Assembly (NCBI GenBank): GCA_964658305.1
Contig: OZ210884.1
Coordinates: 6,696,001-6,760,000, forward strand
Origin: Leptogorgia sarmentosa
Taxonomy: Eukaryota
DNA length: 64,000 nt
Direction: 5' to 3'
Below, piece after piece: positions 23,238 through 36,639 of this stretch. Numbering within the stretch: the stretch's first letter is position 1; the number at the start of each line of letters is the position of its first letter. The notes beneath the pieces are model-generated. The model was not told the origin of the DNA, ran no database searches, and worked only from the letters and a program-made list of their open reading frames with translations. Position numbers and translations under genes: made by a program.

Positions 23238-26200
23238 GACAAACCATGGACACGCCCCTTTAATCGCCCCTTTTTCTACCATTATCACGTTTCCCGCGTG
23301 ATATCCACGCACAAACCAGCACAAACGGCAATTTACGCCATGGAAGGTGGAAAAGGTGGATGCAAACGTGTTCCTTATAATGGGTTTTTGAGTTCTGACA
23401 GGGTTGAGGCTGAAAAGACCTTGGCAGCGCCCATTATATGAATAGATAATAACATGGTTTTGAGTCCAATACACTGAGCTATAAGGTCCAATATATAATT
23501 GGTTTGCAATCGGCCGCCATCTTGGTTGGCATTTCAAAACACCTGCACAACACCACAAGCATTAGACACGGACACTTTTTTAAAATGTCAACAATTTGTT
23601 GCGCATGGTTGTCAGTTTCAAAACATACCAAAAAATAGCCGATTTTTTTCTCTGTAATAGCTGAAATAAGCTTCAAAGTCGTCAACCAAGATGGCGCCCA
23701 ATGGCAGATTATGACGTCATATACAAACGAAGAATATGCACGAGTGAACTCGCACGTACGCTAATTATATCCAAATTTCAAGAGAAACCATGCATGCTAT
23801 TACTTATTTATAATCTACATAAAAGCATTCAAGACAATTGTAGTTTTAGCTTACACAGTTATATTCTCAGACCAAAAGTTCATCGGCAGAATTTTCCTGC
23901 TTACCCGCTATGTCACATTTTACAGCGATGACGGTTGGAAACATTCACCCAACCATGGAACTTTTGTTAGTATTGTTTGAGATAATGTTCTGTTTTTTTC
24001 CAATAATGAGAAAAAGATAGAAGCCATATTTTTGACACGAACACAATTTGATTTCTTAGCTTCAGCTCGTAGCCACCAAATACCAATGGCCCCAATTGCA
24101 AATTTTACTGTGTTCCTGCACCCATCTCAAATAGAGAATACCTAGTGCACTATCATATAATTAATATACAAAGGGGGGAATGACTGCATGAATCATTTTC
24201 AGATAATTTTCCATGATAGTACTATTTTGAAAGCCCAGTTGAAATTCTATCCATCTAGAATTTCAATTACGTAATGACATATTGATTGCTAATATAATCG
24301 GAGATCGCGATGACTCAATTCATCATACTAATTGAACCGTGCATGGTCACAACGTGTGGTTAGCGACAGAAATTCTGGAACTTTTAAAAGCCATAAATTA
24401 CAGGTAAGTTTTTGCCAAATTATTATTTATAGGCTTGGAAAATTAATGTCGATTATACTCAATTCCTTGACCGAAATACTATACTAGTCATTATAACCAT
24501 ACAAGTATAAATATTTGAATGTCTTAAGAGTTAATAAGACGCCATGTGCAAGAACACTTTTCGTTTCACCGGGTGGAAATTAATTTGATTACTTTATCAC
24601 AAATTCATTTCTCGTGAGCTCTTTGTTGATAAAGTGTTGGGGGAATTATATTTGGCTCTATATAACGTTTATCAACTCATGCCGTGGATATTATCGATAG
24701 AAATACTTCAAATTAAATATATGGCTACGCATACTGAACACTTACGTTAGAAATGCTGAAATAATGTACTACATATTATACGGCATAAACACAACTGTTG
24801 TGTCCAAAAGATGTTATTTCTGTGAGAGACGGAAGGGAATTTTTCCGTTGTGTAGGAAATCTTATCTGTTTGACTCGAGTTGACGGTAACGTCACTCGAG
24901 CCTTCTAAAGGAATGTGCTGAACTGTTGCCTTTTTGATAACCCTCTCAAAGGGCTTTAAAACTGTATCAAAATTTCCTGTTTTAAGGCAGGGATTATTTA
25001 AAGTGCTCATATGAAGTACATAATTTCTGGTTGTATGTTTTATTTGAGTTTATTGTTGCTTTGTAAAAACAAATTTGTCAGAGATGAATGTTCAAACTAC
25101 AGGGGGATATTAAATCACAGCATGTGGGTTCATATTTTACATGAGTGTCCAATTTACTTATAAGTTGGTTTGTGTTTATTCAAAACGTTTCTATTGAATG
25201 GGAAGTAATCATATCAATGCGTCGTTGTTGTTTTAGTTTTTGTGGCAAGAAAATATCCAATGCTACAAATTTTGACTATGCATGCATTTGAAAGTATTGT
25301 TTTGAAGTTCGGCTGGCCAGGCAACTTTTTCATTAACTTCCTTGTCTGACTTTGTATAGTACAGCTCGATATTACAGTTTATATTTATATACCTTAACAG
25401 CTCGAGTTATTTTTGCATGGTTATACCGACGAAAAATCAGCAAATGAATTTGATTGTACAACATGTATCCCGGTCATACTCTTCCACTGTGTTGTGTAAC
25501 TAGCATATAACAATAACAAGCTTCTTACTTAGGTCTGGTTAATTTAGATGGCAGGCTTGGTGGGCTAGCCTTTTGAACCTGAATTGTTTTTGAAATGTTC
25601 TCTAGCAATGCTGAAGCGCTCCTTACATGCTAGTTAAAGTTAGCTAAAATTTATATTCCGGTGTAGAATCTGATGCGTTGCAATCATACCTATACATACC
25701 ATGCATGAATCATGATCGCGCCAATAATCCAATGTCAATAATTTTGACTGTTTAAACTTGTCGTTATTATAAAATATTATAAAATATATATTTCCAGATA
25801 TTTTCGACATCCTCGATATTTGTGCGAGGCATTGATATTTAGCTGGCGGATATCGCGATATTGTGAGAACGAATACGATCTAAATGATACCGAAATAATA
25901 CGTTTAATGAAAACGAAAATATTAGTACTAGCCCTGACTGTATGCTGTGCTTGTGCGCCATGCATGGATATTGGTGAAGGCGGTAACGGTGTACATTAGT
26001 CCAAAGCCAAAGGTACTTATCAGCATAACGATAAAAAAGAATTCAACTTTCATGCGCGGAAACGTATTTTAATATTATGACTCATTACTTACATTGACTA
26101 AATATTGAAGTTTCTTGTCATAAAATCACTTCAGTAAGCAATCAACTTGTTTCGATCGGGTTTGTTTGCATGGAAATATTTATTCAACATTATATTTCCA

Positions 26201-29200
26201 TATAGCTATGTTCATCTATATAGCTACATTATATTTTGTATATGCATAGTGGTTTTGTTAATCCTATATATCATAGCGTATCACAATCTTCATCTCTTAG
26301 CGCTGTGTACAATTTTATCATGCATGTTGAAATCTATTTGTCTTTCGATTCATTAATTCATTACCTAGAATTGGAGAATTTTCTCGTAAAAGATGACATA
26401 CATACGGCAGCAATTAAACTGAAACATCATTCTCAATTCCAATTTCTCGACACAATGATTACAAATCTAAACTTGGATGTTTCATTTACAAATAATTACT
26501 TATTTGAAAATTGATGAAAGCTTCAGATCCGGCCATGATAAGACATTTTCGAGACATTCTGTACAAAGAAAACTATTTTTATGCACTAGCTTTCCGCTTT
26601 CGGCTGTCAGACCTATCACCTATATGCACAAGTTCCGTTTTAATCAATAGTCGATTGGCAAGACGCCAATCCCACAAAAAAGACTGAAAATCCCACAGCT
26701 TTGTTACTTGAAATGTTAAATTAACCTTCCGTTTTTTTCTTCCTTCTTTAAAACTGTTATGTTGTCATGATAACTGATAAGGTACACTTACTGCCCAAAA
26801 GTCTAAATAGCCTACATGTTACAAAATTCAATATACTTATGCAACATTTCATCTCAATTTGATTTAACCACCTAAATCAAATGAAATAACTCTCTCTTTA
26901 TTAAACTTCTGGTTTAAGGATCTTAGACATGCATGGTATTATTGCTATAATTAATGCAAACATTTTGTTGTTCATAAACGGGAATATTATCTCATAGGAC
27001 AGGGTCTATTTTTGTTAACGAGACTGAACGAGTATAGGACTGTATTTAGACTACATGTATTGGGCAGTATAACTTAGTTCAGTTCGAGTCGCACTGAACT
27101 TTAGGTTCAAAACATACAGCTGCCTAGGAAAAGCGGATTTATCTCATGGCTCATGCGAATCATGACCTTGTGTGATTGGTTTCATTTCTTTGTCTCAGGA
27201 GCAATGACATGTGGTTTGTGTGATTATGTAATCATGGTAATGTGTTATCGAATAGCACGAAATTTTACACCGAAGAAAATCCTGTCTTATAAGATGGAAT
27301 GTCTATCTTATAATTTTGGGCGGACGGCCATTTGAAAACATCTGCATTATATTAACATTTGAACCGCTTGTAGCTACTTTGTAGCCTACTTTCGCAAGAC
27401 TTTCAGATCACAATGCCAAAATGATTGATGTAAAATATTTCGGTTTAAAGTTTTTTATATTTCGTTTTAACAATATTCTCACTCTTATATTGTGTTATAG
27501 CGGAATCTTCCTATTATAACTGACAGTCCCCATCAAACGGGAGCGTCCATTTTAGTACAACCCTAATATCAAATAACATGATATTTTAATGAAAACGCAT
27601 TAGTATGATTGTTATATGCAAGGTTAATCTAATAATCTTATCATGTCATTAATGTGCCTGAACGCGTTTTATTCAATTCATGCTTCGTCTCATGTTATGA
27701 TACTACGCGTTTCCTCATATGCCTCTTTTTGGGTTAATATTCTTATCTCATGTCATGGACACTGAGAATTCTTCCTATTTGCTATTGTAATACATTACTC
27801 TCGACACTATTTGCTGAACCACACTAAAGATTAACCATGGCCATTGATCCTTCAAGCAGGAAATTAACCATTGCACCCATGTTCTTATATAAATGTCCCC
27901 GAATTACTGTCATTACTTGAAAAACTATTTATATACGCGCATTCGATGGAGTCATGAGGCAATTTTATTGTCATATACAGTGCAAACTGACTGCAAGCTT
28001 CCGAAGACCGTGAGAAAATAAAAGCCAAGTTCTTGCATGGCGAAAAATATAAGGCATGGTGATGTTATAGGTAGAGACGCTGACGCGCCACGTGTTTTTT
28101 TATTATTGCACTGATAAAAGTAGTGTATTCGATGAATGTAAAAGTTCTGTGATCAAAAGTTCTGTAAAAACAGATTGTTTTAATAACCAAAGAATTGGTT
28201 AATTTATACTGAATTGAAAATAACCAAGCATTTTGTGGTTCTGTTTACCAATTTTGATTCATAACACTTTACTAATAATGTATAATGCGATACCATGCAT
28301 GGAATGCATGAGAGTGACACTATTATATGACGAAAGATAGCATTGATTACGTGCAAATTTAATACAGGAATGTCCGCTGACACCCAATTCACACTTTTGT
28401 GATAATCCGTGACGGTTGCATTTCATGAACAGTAAAGGCCAAGTGAAACACTTTTGACTACATCACGCACATATGAGTGAGTTCGATGTCTTGAATATTT
28501 TCAATCAAAAATATGCTGAAATCGCCTCGGCGTGCGAGTAGGCTAAGTACCTGATATGATTAAATATTCATCATTCATCTCATCATAATGCTTTAAAAAC
28601 AAAACATGATCATCCAACGTGCATCGGTGCATGTAACATTAAGACCAGTTTACACTATCACAGTTCTGAGATCAAAGTATAGTTTGATCCAGATCCTTTC
28701 AAAGACGGCGGTTGTTTTGATGTTCTTCCGACACAGTGATGCAAGTACTGAGATAGTGTACTATAACCGGCGTTAAAAAGCGCGCGTTTCTGTTATATCC
28801 GATATTTTTTTAAAGTGATTTTGTCTCTTTTCCTAGCAAATAGTTGGTACTAGTTGTTGCCATATAGAAATAAATTGTTTATTTGAATAACCATCGATTT
28901 ATCTCGAATATTATGATTGCCAGTTATGTGGTAATGATTGCTTTTTCTCTTTATCTTATAACCCCTGATCGTCACGAATACAGTTGTGCGTTTTCTCTTT
29001 TTTAAAGAAAGATAATGCATGATAGTTAACACAGCTGCTTAATGCTTATGGTCTGTTTTATAACCTTGCATGCTGACTCAAAATAGCTAATTTATGCATG
29101 AAGTGTGCACACTGCTAAGCTTCTTTGTAACGCCTAAATATATTGACACACGAAGTTCCGTTGATAAACAATCTCCCAAATCAGGCTGAACAATTTCTTA

Positions 29201-29478
29201 TACAGCGTGCCAGTTGGGGGTGCTTCACTTCGGAAACTATATTGTCAGAAACCGTTTATAATGTATGCGCGATCTCATAGTTGAGATGTTTATCATATTT
29301 TAGTCAATAACTACCGGTGTATTGTAGAGATTCATGTAAGTGAACAACGTCTGTTTAATAAATTTTCACTGTTTAGTGTAGTATCATGTTACATCTAGTC
29401 TAACATGTGAAAATCAACACTTCCTTACAGTTTCCCAATGTTATTTTTCATGTAGATGGTCAAGATTTGTCCTTTAAA

Positions 29479-32400
29479 ATGGATATTCGTGTGATATTAA
29501 TGGTAAGTGCATAACCATATATTCATATTATACGTATCTCCTTATCTTGATGGAGAAGTGCGATGCTGTTTAATTTGAAACAGTCATAACTCAGAATTGG
29601 ATATATTAGCTTGGCACTTAAAGAGTTGTTGAAATTCAACTCTCGCATTTATTGTCTGTATTTAAAGGATTAGATGAAATCATTAGTATACCAAAGAGGT
29701 CGGCAATGTTTACCGTGACAGTACTTAGAACGTAGTTCCTTTATTCGAACTAGAAAGACTCAAAGAGTATTTGTTTTGTTTCGACTGACTTTGTTGTGCA
29801 CTGACAGTCATCTTCGGTTGCCAAAAACGCAATTGTCTGAAATGTTGTACACTGTGCAACACATCTCACGAGATCGAATGCGTGTTGATGAAAGTATATG
29901 AAATGATATTCCGAGTCACAATATACGCATAGCAAACATTCCAGTTGAATCTAATCAGTCGTATATACATTCAGTGTGGGTTTACAGTGAAACATGCGCT
30001 GTGCATAGTGTACATGTATAGGATGGTACTGTGGTACTAATGTCGCACTATAATTTAGACACTGCATGAAAATGAATATCAACTTCATTCCATATTATCT
30101 ATATTTAAAGTCCGGATATAGCGATAATACATAAGCTATAATGTGATATTATGGTCAACAAAAGTATATAGATGTGGCGTTAAAAGCCTTATTCCTGACT
30201 CGTAAAAGGATTATAGTCAATTTTTTCCTGTCTGATTTGGATATTGTTCAAGAATTATGTGTGCGTTTGGTTGGTAAGGTATCTTGTTAGGTATAAAGTT
30301 GTATGCATTTTATATTGGTTAAGAAATGCTTGACGTCTTTGCATGTGAAAGACAACCCCATGCACGTATATTATATACCTTCCAATATGTTATTGATATT
30401 CTGCGCAGTTGGGTTGCAGTTTACAAATTTAAATTTAGTTTTGTTGCCAAAGTAAATATTCCCATGCCATCACATTGTTACTTTCAAATTCACGCACTAT
30501 CATTTAACTCCCAGCAACTATAAGTTAACATCACATGGCCTGGTAGACAAGTTAATTAAGGTCATTTAACTGATGGTAAGTGTTTACCATAATTATGACT
30601 CCAAGGGGTCTTCAAAATAACGTGGTTGGATGCTGCTTTTGAAAAAAATATGCCGTTTGTTTTGAATGCAAAACATATTTCCTCGACATTAACGTTTGTC
30701 CTTTGTTGAAATCTACAAGCTAAGTAATATAAATTTACAATCATACAGCAATTATACAATAAATATCCTATACTGATATCTTTTCATCATGGGTGATCTG
30801 AAACTAGATAAACGTACAGACCGGCATTTAAAGCATATGACCTCATCACTCCAAGAGATGCATCTTAAGTGTAGGTTGAGGCATCGTATGACAAAAAAAC
30901 AATTTTTTTTAAAAGCTGTAAAGTGGGTCTTCAGTTAAAAGTGATTGCCATTATAAGCACTTTAAAACTTCAAGTAACACTTCCATCGAATAAGAGAATG
31001 TAAATTGTTCAGGATTTTGTTATATATGCGTTTAGATTCCCCAGATGGAGTCGGCTAAATAGCCATCTACTAGTTTATTCGACATATATTGGTATATAAT
31101 TGAAGCATTATTCAACCTGATCGAATCGGATTAGCATAGGCTGCATAGTACACATAAAATGCGTCACACAAATCAGCCACGCCTATAGTGCATTTTGTCT
31201 CTGGAGATTCGACTATAGTTTTCTGTCTACGTTTGAGATCTATAGCGCTTGCTTGAGATCAGCTACGTCCTACGACGTGACAATATCATACTGTATGTCT
31301 TGTTGCCTTTATTTTTCACTACTTAGATTACAAAGTTAGTCATGTTTGTTGATCACACGCCTGTTTGCATGTCATCGTAGACTTTCGAAGTATTGATAAT
31401 CTTTCCTTTGATTGTGTATGATGTCATGCAGAGTTGCTGAAGTAAACGTTTGGTTTCCTTGCTAAATGAGTACAAAACCGACTTTTTAAAAAGTGCATTA
31501 ATGGACGTTCCGGTTGAATTGTTAAAACTGCTTCATGAACCTTAATGAAATATATTTGTTTCGTTCTCCAGGTTCTGTCTTGGTTGTTTTGCACGGCTGA
31601 CCTGACTGGTTCGTGTTCTTCTTCTGAGTATGAACATGCTGGTATATGTTGTAAGAAATGCAGACCTGGTACTTTTGTTCTGACACACTGTAGTGAAACG
31701 ACAGAGACAGTTTGTGAAGCGTGTAAGGTAAGTGCATCAATTAATTTCCACAAGAGCACGATAAGCAAACAGAGTGTTTCCAGCAGAGATTTAATCAAAC
31801 AAGGTGTAGGTGGCTCAGCATGCGGCAGCACATGGTCTTGTTTGTGCATTTGGCACCGCAAAGCGCTGATCATGCATTGCAAGGGGTTCTTATTGTATGT
31901 TCCCTTCACTTGCATTCAAGGCAACTGCATGATTCCATTGTGACTTTACAAAACGTGGCAGTTTACACTTCAAGCCATCACAATTTTATCCAATCAGGCA
32001 TTAAGTACGATCCGAATCACCATGCAACGATACGATATTCAGATCACGATCAATTACGAACCAAAAACGAGTTGAGGTCTTCTAAGATTCGTAAACCCTA
32101 AGGTGAAGAACGTGAAATTTCTACGTATATTTACCCAGCTCTCGAGTCAGGTCATCTGTGTGAGCAAAAATGATACAAATACACTACCCCTGCATTTATA
32201 TTTTCATGTTACGCAGGCTACAGTCACGAAAACGGTTATAGGTTTAGATGGGGATAGGGTTAGGCGTTAGCCTTGAAGTTGACGTTATGGTTGGGGGGAT
32301 AGGATGTGATAGAAATTAATTAGTGTGCGTAACATGAAAATATAACCCCAAAACCCGCAGTCATTAAGAAATTGACTGAGTATACTTTAAAATTTTTTTG

Positions 32401-34930
32401 TTGTTTTGAAAAGATAACATTACATAATTAATTTCCTAATGGGTTTCGTTGGACGTTGGAGACTTTCTGTACACAAAACTAATTGATCTAGACCAACTTG
32501 ATACTAGCGGTCCCTTTGGAACGCTGGCCAGGTATTTACCAAATCGACACACTGCTGTCTTTAAATTCAAAATTCTTGACAAAAAGAAAAGGTTTCAATA
32601 AGAAAGCAAATAATTACCATAATATTATGTAATTGTCACTAAAATATGTCAACCTTTTGCGAAATAAACTTAAGACGAAAGTACTTTAGAGCAATACAAA
32701 GCAAGTGAGATTAAGTCAGTTTTTTGGTTGTTTTAAGCCAAGAATTGTTTTTAAAATATAGTTTGCATAAACACACAATCATACAGTTTTTATATATTTC
32801 GCTCAATGCCATCCACGCTATCAGCGCCACTGCATGGTTCATCGACAATCTGGTTAGCTTTATACAAACTATGTAGTTTCAACGTTGCTATTTCAATACG
32901 TTTATAGAATGGCACATTTTCTAAAGACTGGACATCTTCGAAAGAGTGCTCTCGCTGTTCTCAACCAGCTCTGGACTTTATTCCAATATGCAATGCAACA
33001 CACGATAATGAATGTGGTTGCATAAGACCGCACCAATATCATCATTTTCCCACAACGTCTTGCAGAGAATGCAAGAGGTGCCCAGCTGGAAAATACCCTG
33101 TAGGTCCTTGTACGGACGATACATTCTGTGCTACATGCCCCAAGGTAGGTCTAGATTAATATACGACGAACGTAAATCAACCCATTCGCAGGCATCGCCA
33201 TCCTAAACTGTGGATATAAAATCATACGCCTGCTTCCGTCAGCTACTTCAATAACCTAAACCGTTTAAAGAACTATAAATACAAATCCCGTTTTATAAAA
33301 GACCGCAAGCCCGTTACAAAAATATTAATACATAAATCAAATAGCCCAAGTCCATTCGCAATGCACTGGAAATGGTATGGCTGAATTCCATTGATAATGT
33401 TGAAAAAATTTAAATGTACAATTAAGAACGATTTCAAACGAACCAGATCTGACATTTTCTAAACTTAACAGAGTAAGCGATAAACCCATAGCTACATCGC
33501 GTTCAGCCGAGGATTAATGTTGCATCGATCAATATACATATTTTGCTATGGTGTTCGACTATACAAATGTCTTACTCTAATGTATGCGGACCAAGAAATA
33601 TGTTTGCCTCATGCATGATCATTCGAATGTGGTATACATCACACCTATGTCTAGCTGTCAAAAACTGTGGGGGTTTTATTTCAACGTCAGCTAGTTATAG
33701 TTGAACAAATCACAAATTGATTAGCGTACTCTTTTCCGTATAGGATCATTTCTCAAATTCAAGCAAAAACTACAACAAGAGTTGTCAGAAATGCACGAAC
33801 TGCGAGAAGTACGTCAAAATGTGCAGCTCAAAAGAAGACAGTATTTGCAGATATGATGCCGTTAAAACAACCATTACCACCTTAGCACAAGTGAAAACGT
33901 CGGACAAGAACACACCTACAGTATCAACAGGTATTATATTATTAGCTGTCTGTTAGAAATCCATTTTTTGATTGAAAGTTGAAACAACTATGATCCTAAT
34001 ATCTTCCATAATATACTTTATTTGGAAAAGTCGAAATTGCTTAAGTAAAACAGTCCAAATTCTTGCTGTATTTTTTGAGGAATATAAATTAATTATCCAC
34101 AAAATCGATGGGAGCTAGGGTAATACATAAAGATCAATCTATTTGATTTTAATCGTTATTTACTCGAGAAACTATTGTATGTTTAACATTTTCGTATTTG
34201 TCTTCGCAGATATTCTATGGAGTTCAACAGTCTCCGAAAAAACAACCAATAATTTAGTTGATCCAATCATAATAGCAGTTGTGTGTGTGATAGTTTTACT
34301 GATTTCAATAATAATCATCGCAGCCATTTTGAAAAGGAAAAAAGCGTTTACAACGCAACGTTTCAGCATTATTCAAGAGTCTACAGAAAGAACGCCAGTC
34401 TCATTTGGAGGTTTGTGTGTTATTTTATTGACGACCATCTTGAGTGCTTCATCGCCCTAAAAAGGTTAAAGATCTAGAACCATGATGCGTATTAGTCACT
34501 CGTTTAATACAATTTATGGCCAGTGCAGCAGACAACAATGTGGCCGAAGTTCTATTCATGGCTAAGACCATGGATACCTCGTTGTCTAATTGTTAAATAT
34601 TTATATATCTTTATGTCATTTCTAGGTGCATTATTCCGTCTTCAACCTGGCAATGTTATACTCGGACTTCATGCATTATTAAATCCTGAAAGTCCGAACA
34701 ATTGGAGAGCAGTGGCGAGTGAACTTGATGTGCCCTATCTTCAAATACGTAATTTTGAAGCAGGCAACATTGATAAGGCAGCGGAAGAAATGTTGCATTA
34801 TTGGGGTACTAAAAATGATGCAACCTTAGATAAATTGTACCAAGCACTGAGAAAGCGTGGCAGAGACGATGCTTGTACATTTCTAGAGGAAAATGTTGAG
34901 TTGGAAAGTGTTCCTGAGACTGTTGTTTAA
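29479..34930 (+). CDS. TNF receptor superfamily member with death domain, ~369 aa
   Basis: Exons 29479-29502, 31572-31727, 32908-33144, 33744-33930, 34210-34410, 34626-34930. Signal peptide; cysteine-rich domains (CCKKCRPGTFVLTHCS..TVCEAC, CKRCPAG, CQKCTNC); Thr-rich stalk; TM helix followed by KRKK; death domain (NNWRAVASEL...MLHYW...ATLDKLYQALRKRGRDDA). The first exon is the least certain. Confidence 0.9.
32196..32345. mobile_element. Small TIR element in a TNFR intron
   Basis: ttatattttcatgttacgca...tgcgtaacatgaaaatataa with internal ggttagg-like repeats. Confidence 0.6.
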
Positions 34931-35922
34931 TTAATCTTAGAAGAAGAAGAAATAGAAAGTTTAATATGATATATTAATGTAAGTAAAGAAAATTTCTGTA
35001 TTTTATATTATAAGAGGTTATAAATAACACTTAAGGGGGCACTTTGATTTAGTAAAAAAGCTATAGGGACGCAAAATTGAGTCATTGAATCCCGAATGCC
35101 AGGCGAAGTGCCTGCATATTGGTTTTCTTAGCAACCATTTTAGAAGCAGTTAAAAACTAATAAATTTTTTTACTATGTTTTTTCCAACAAAACAAATAAT
35201 TTTTCAACCGGTTTCTTCCCAATCACCAGTGTTCCCAAATATTCTCTCGATGCCTGCTTTAGTGTAATTTATAATCTCTACCTCTACCGTCGTTTTATAC
35301 CAATATATGGTAATAACAGCGCTTTACGTCATAGAAAAAAATTATATGGGAAATTATATCAGAATAGGATATTAGTGCATATTTACATACAGCATTCGTT
35401 TTTGAATACCCGCAGTAAAAAAGGAATCCTTCAATTACACTTTTAAAGGATGAATTGGGCGGCTCTTTACAAAAAAGCAAGCCTCCCCCACCTACGTCTC
35501 CTAGCGTGCTATTAAGTCACAACCAAATCAAAGAGTTTTAAGACGTCTTTACATATTTAAGATTAGATATTTTGTCAAATTTCGCAAACATTTTGTACAG
35601 GATTCTCTTTATTACACTGTATGCATATAGCGTTTAGTTGAATTATTATGGTTTGTTTTAAAAATCCCATGCAGATATTTTTTCTTACATCTCCATTTTC
35701 GAGATTTAGTATGTTCTATAGGTCACATTGTGCTTGCTAAACTTACTCTTACTCTAATAATCTATTACTAATAATCTATTAAGTGATCTGAACGCCGCCA
35801 TATTGGATGAAATTAAAAATGCGTTTTTCTTGTTTAAAATTGAAATTTCAACCAAAAGGGTGAAAATTTAATTTGTTGGTTTGATAACTTTCAAGGTGAT
35901 AGTTGCAAACCACCTGTGTATT

Positions 35923-36159
35923 ATACAGCTAATTCAAACAGGATTAATTGCCTTTTGCAATCTCTCAACACTAAATCTCCAAGCGCGCAAAGCATAATGG
36001 GAACTCAAATTTCAAAATTACGCTTTTTCTGATATTTACCATGTCACTAAAAATAGGCCTCACGTGACTTCTAAATTGATAAAATGATGCTCCCATTATG
36101 CTTTGCACGCTTGGAGTTTGTGGTACATTTGCAATAACCTTTTTCGAATTTGCTGTATA
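35923..36159. mobile_element. Degenerate MITE
   Basis: Ends tatacagc.aattc / gaatt.gctgtata, plus an inner inverted pair ctccaagcgcgcaaagcataatggga / tcccattatgctttgcacgcttggag. Confidence 0.55.
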
Positions 36160-36639
36160 TGTTCAATCACTTGAACTTAGATCGAACAATATAAAAAAGT
36201 AGTTTTCATTTTCTGCTAGCAGACAAATTTATAATTAGGAGGTAGCAGTTAACTATGTTGTAAATACTGTAGTTTGATATTTTAAGTGGTCGTTGATTGT
36301 AATAATCAGTCGTAATTATTTATAGTTTGTAATTTAAATGAACTGGATAAATTATTTTTGAGAATGATATACTTTGTAAATTCTGAATAAAATATTGATT
36401 TCACTGGATGGAAATTTGATGTTAAACGAGAAATAAATTTCTCTTACTTTTACGACTCTCTGTGGATTTATTAAGTACGTATATATACTGAATTATAAAT
36501 AATCATCTCTCACGAAAATTGTTTCCAAGGGAATGAATATATTAAGATATTCATTACTACACTGTTCTGTCTTCAAAACCTAAATTATATACACAGTGAC
36601 CAACATGCATCATTAAAATAATAACTGATTGCAATAATG

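Noticed and set aside
24836..24846. NF-kB-like site (gggaatttttcc) upstream of the TNFR
   Set aside because: A single short, imperfect motif ~4.6 kb from the ATG is expected by chance.
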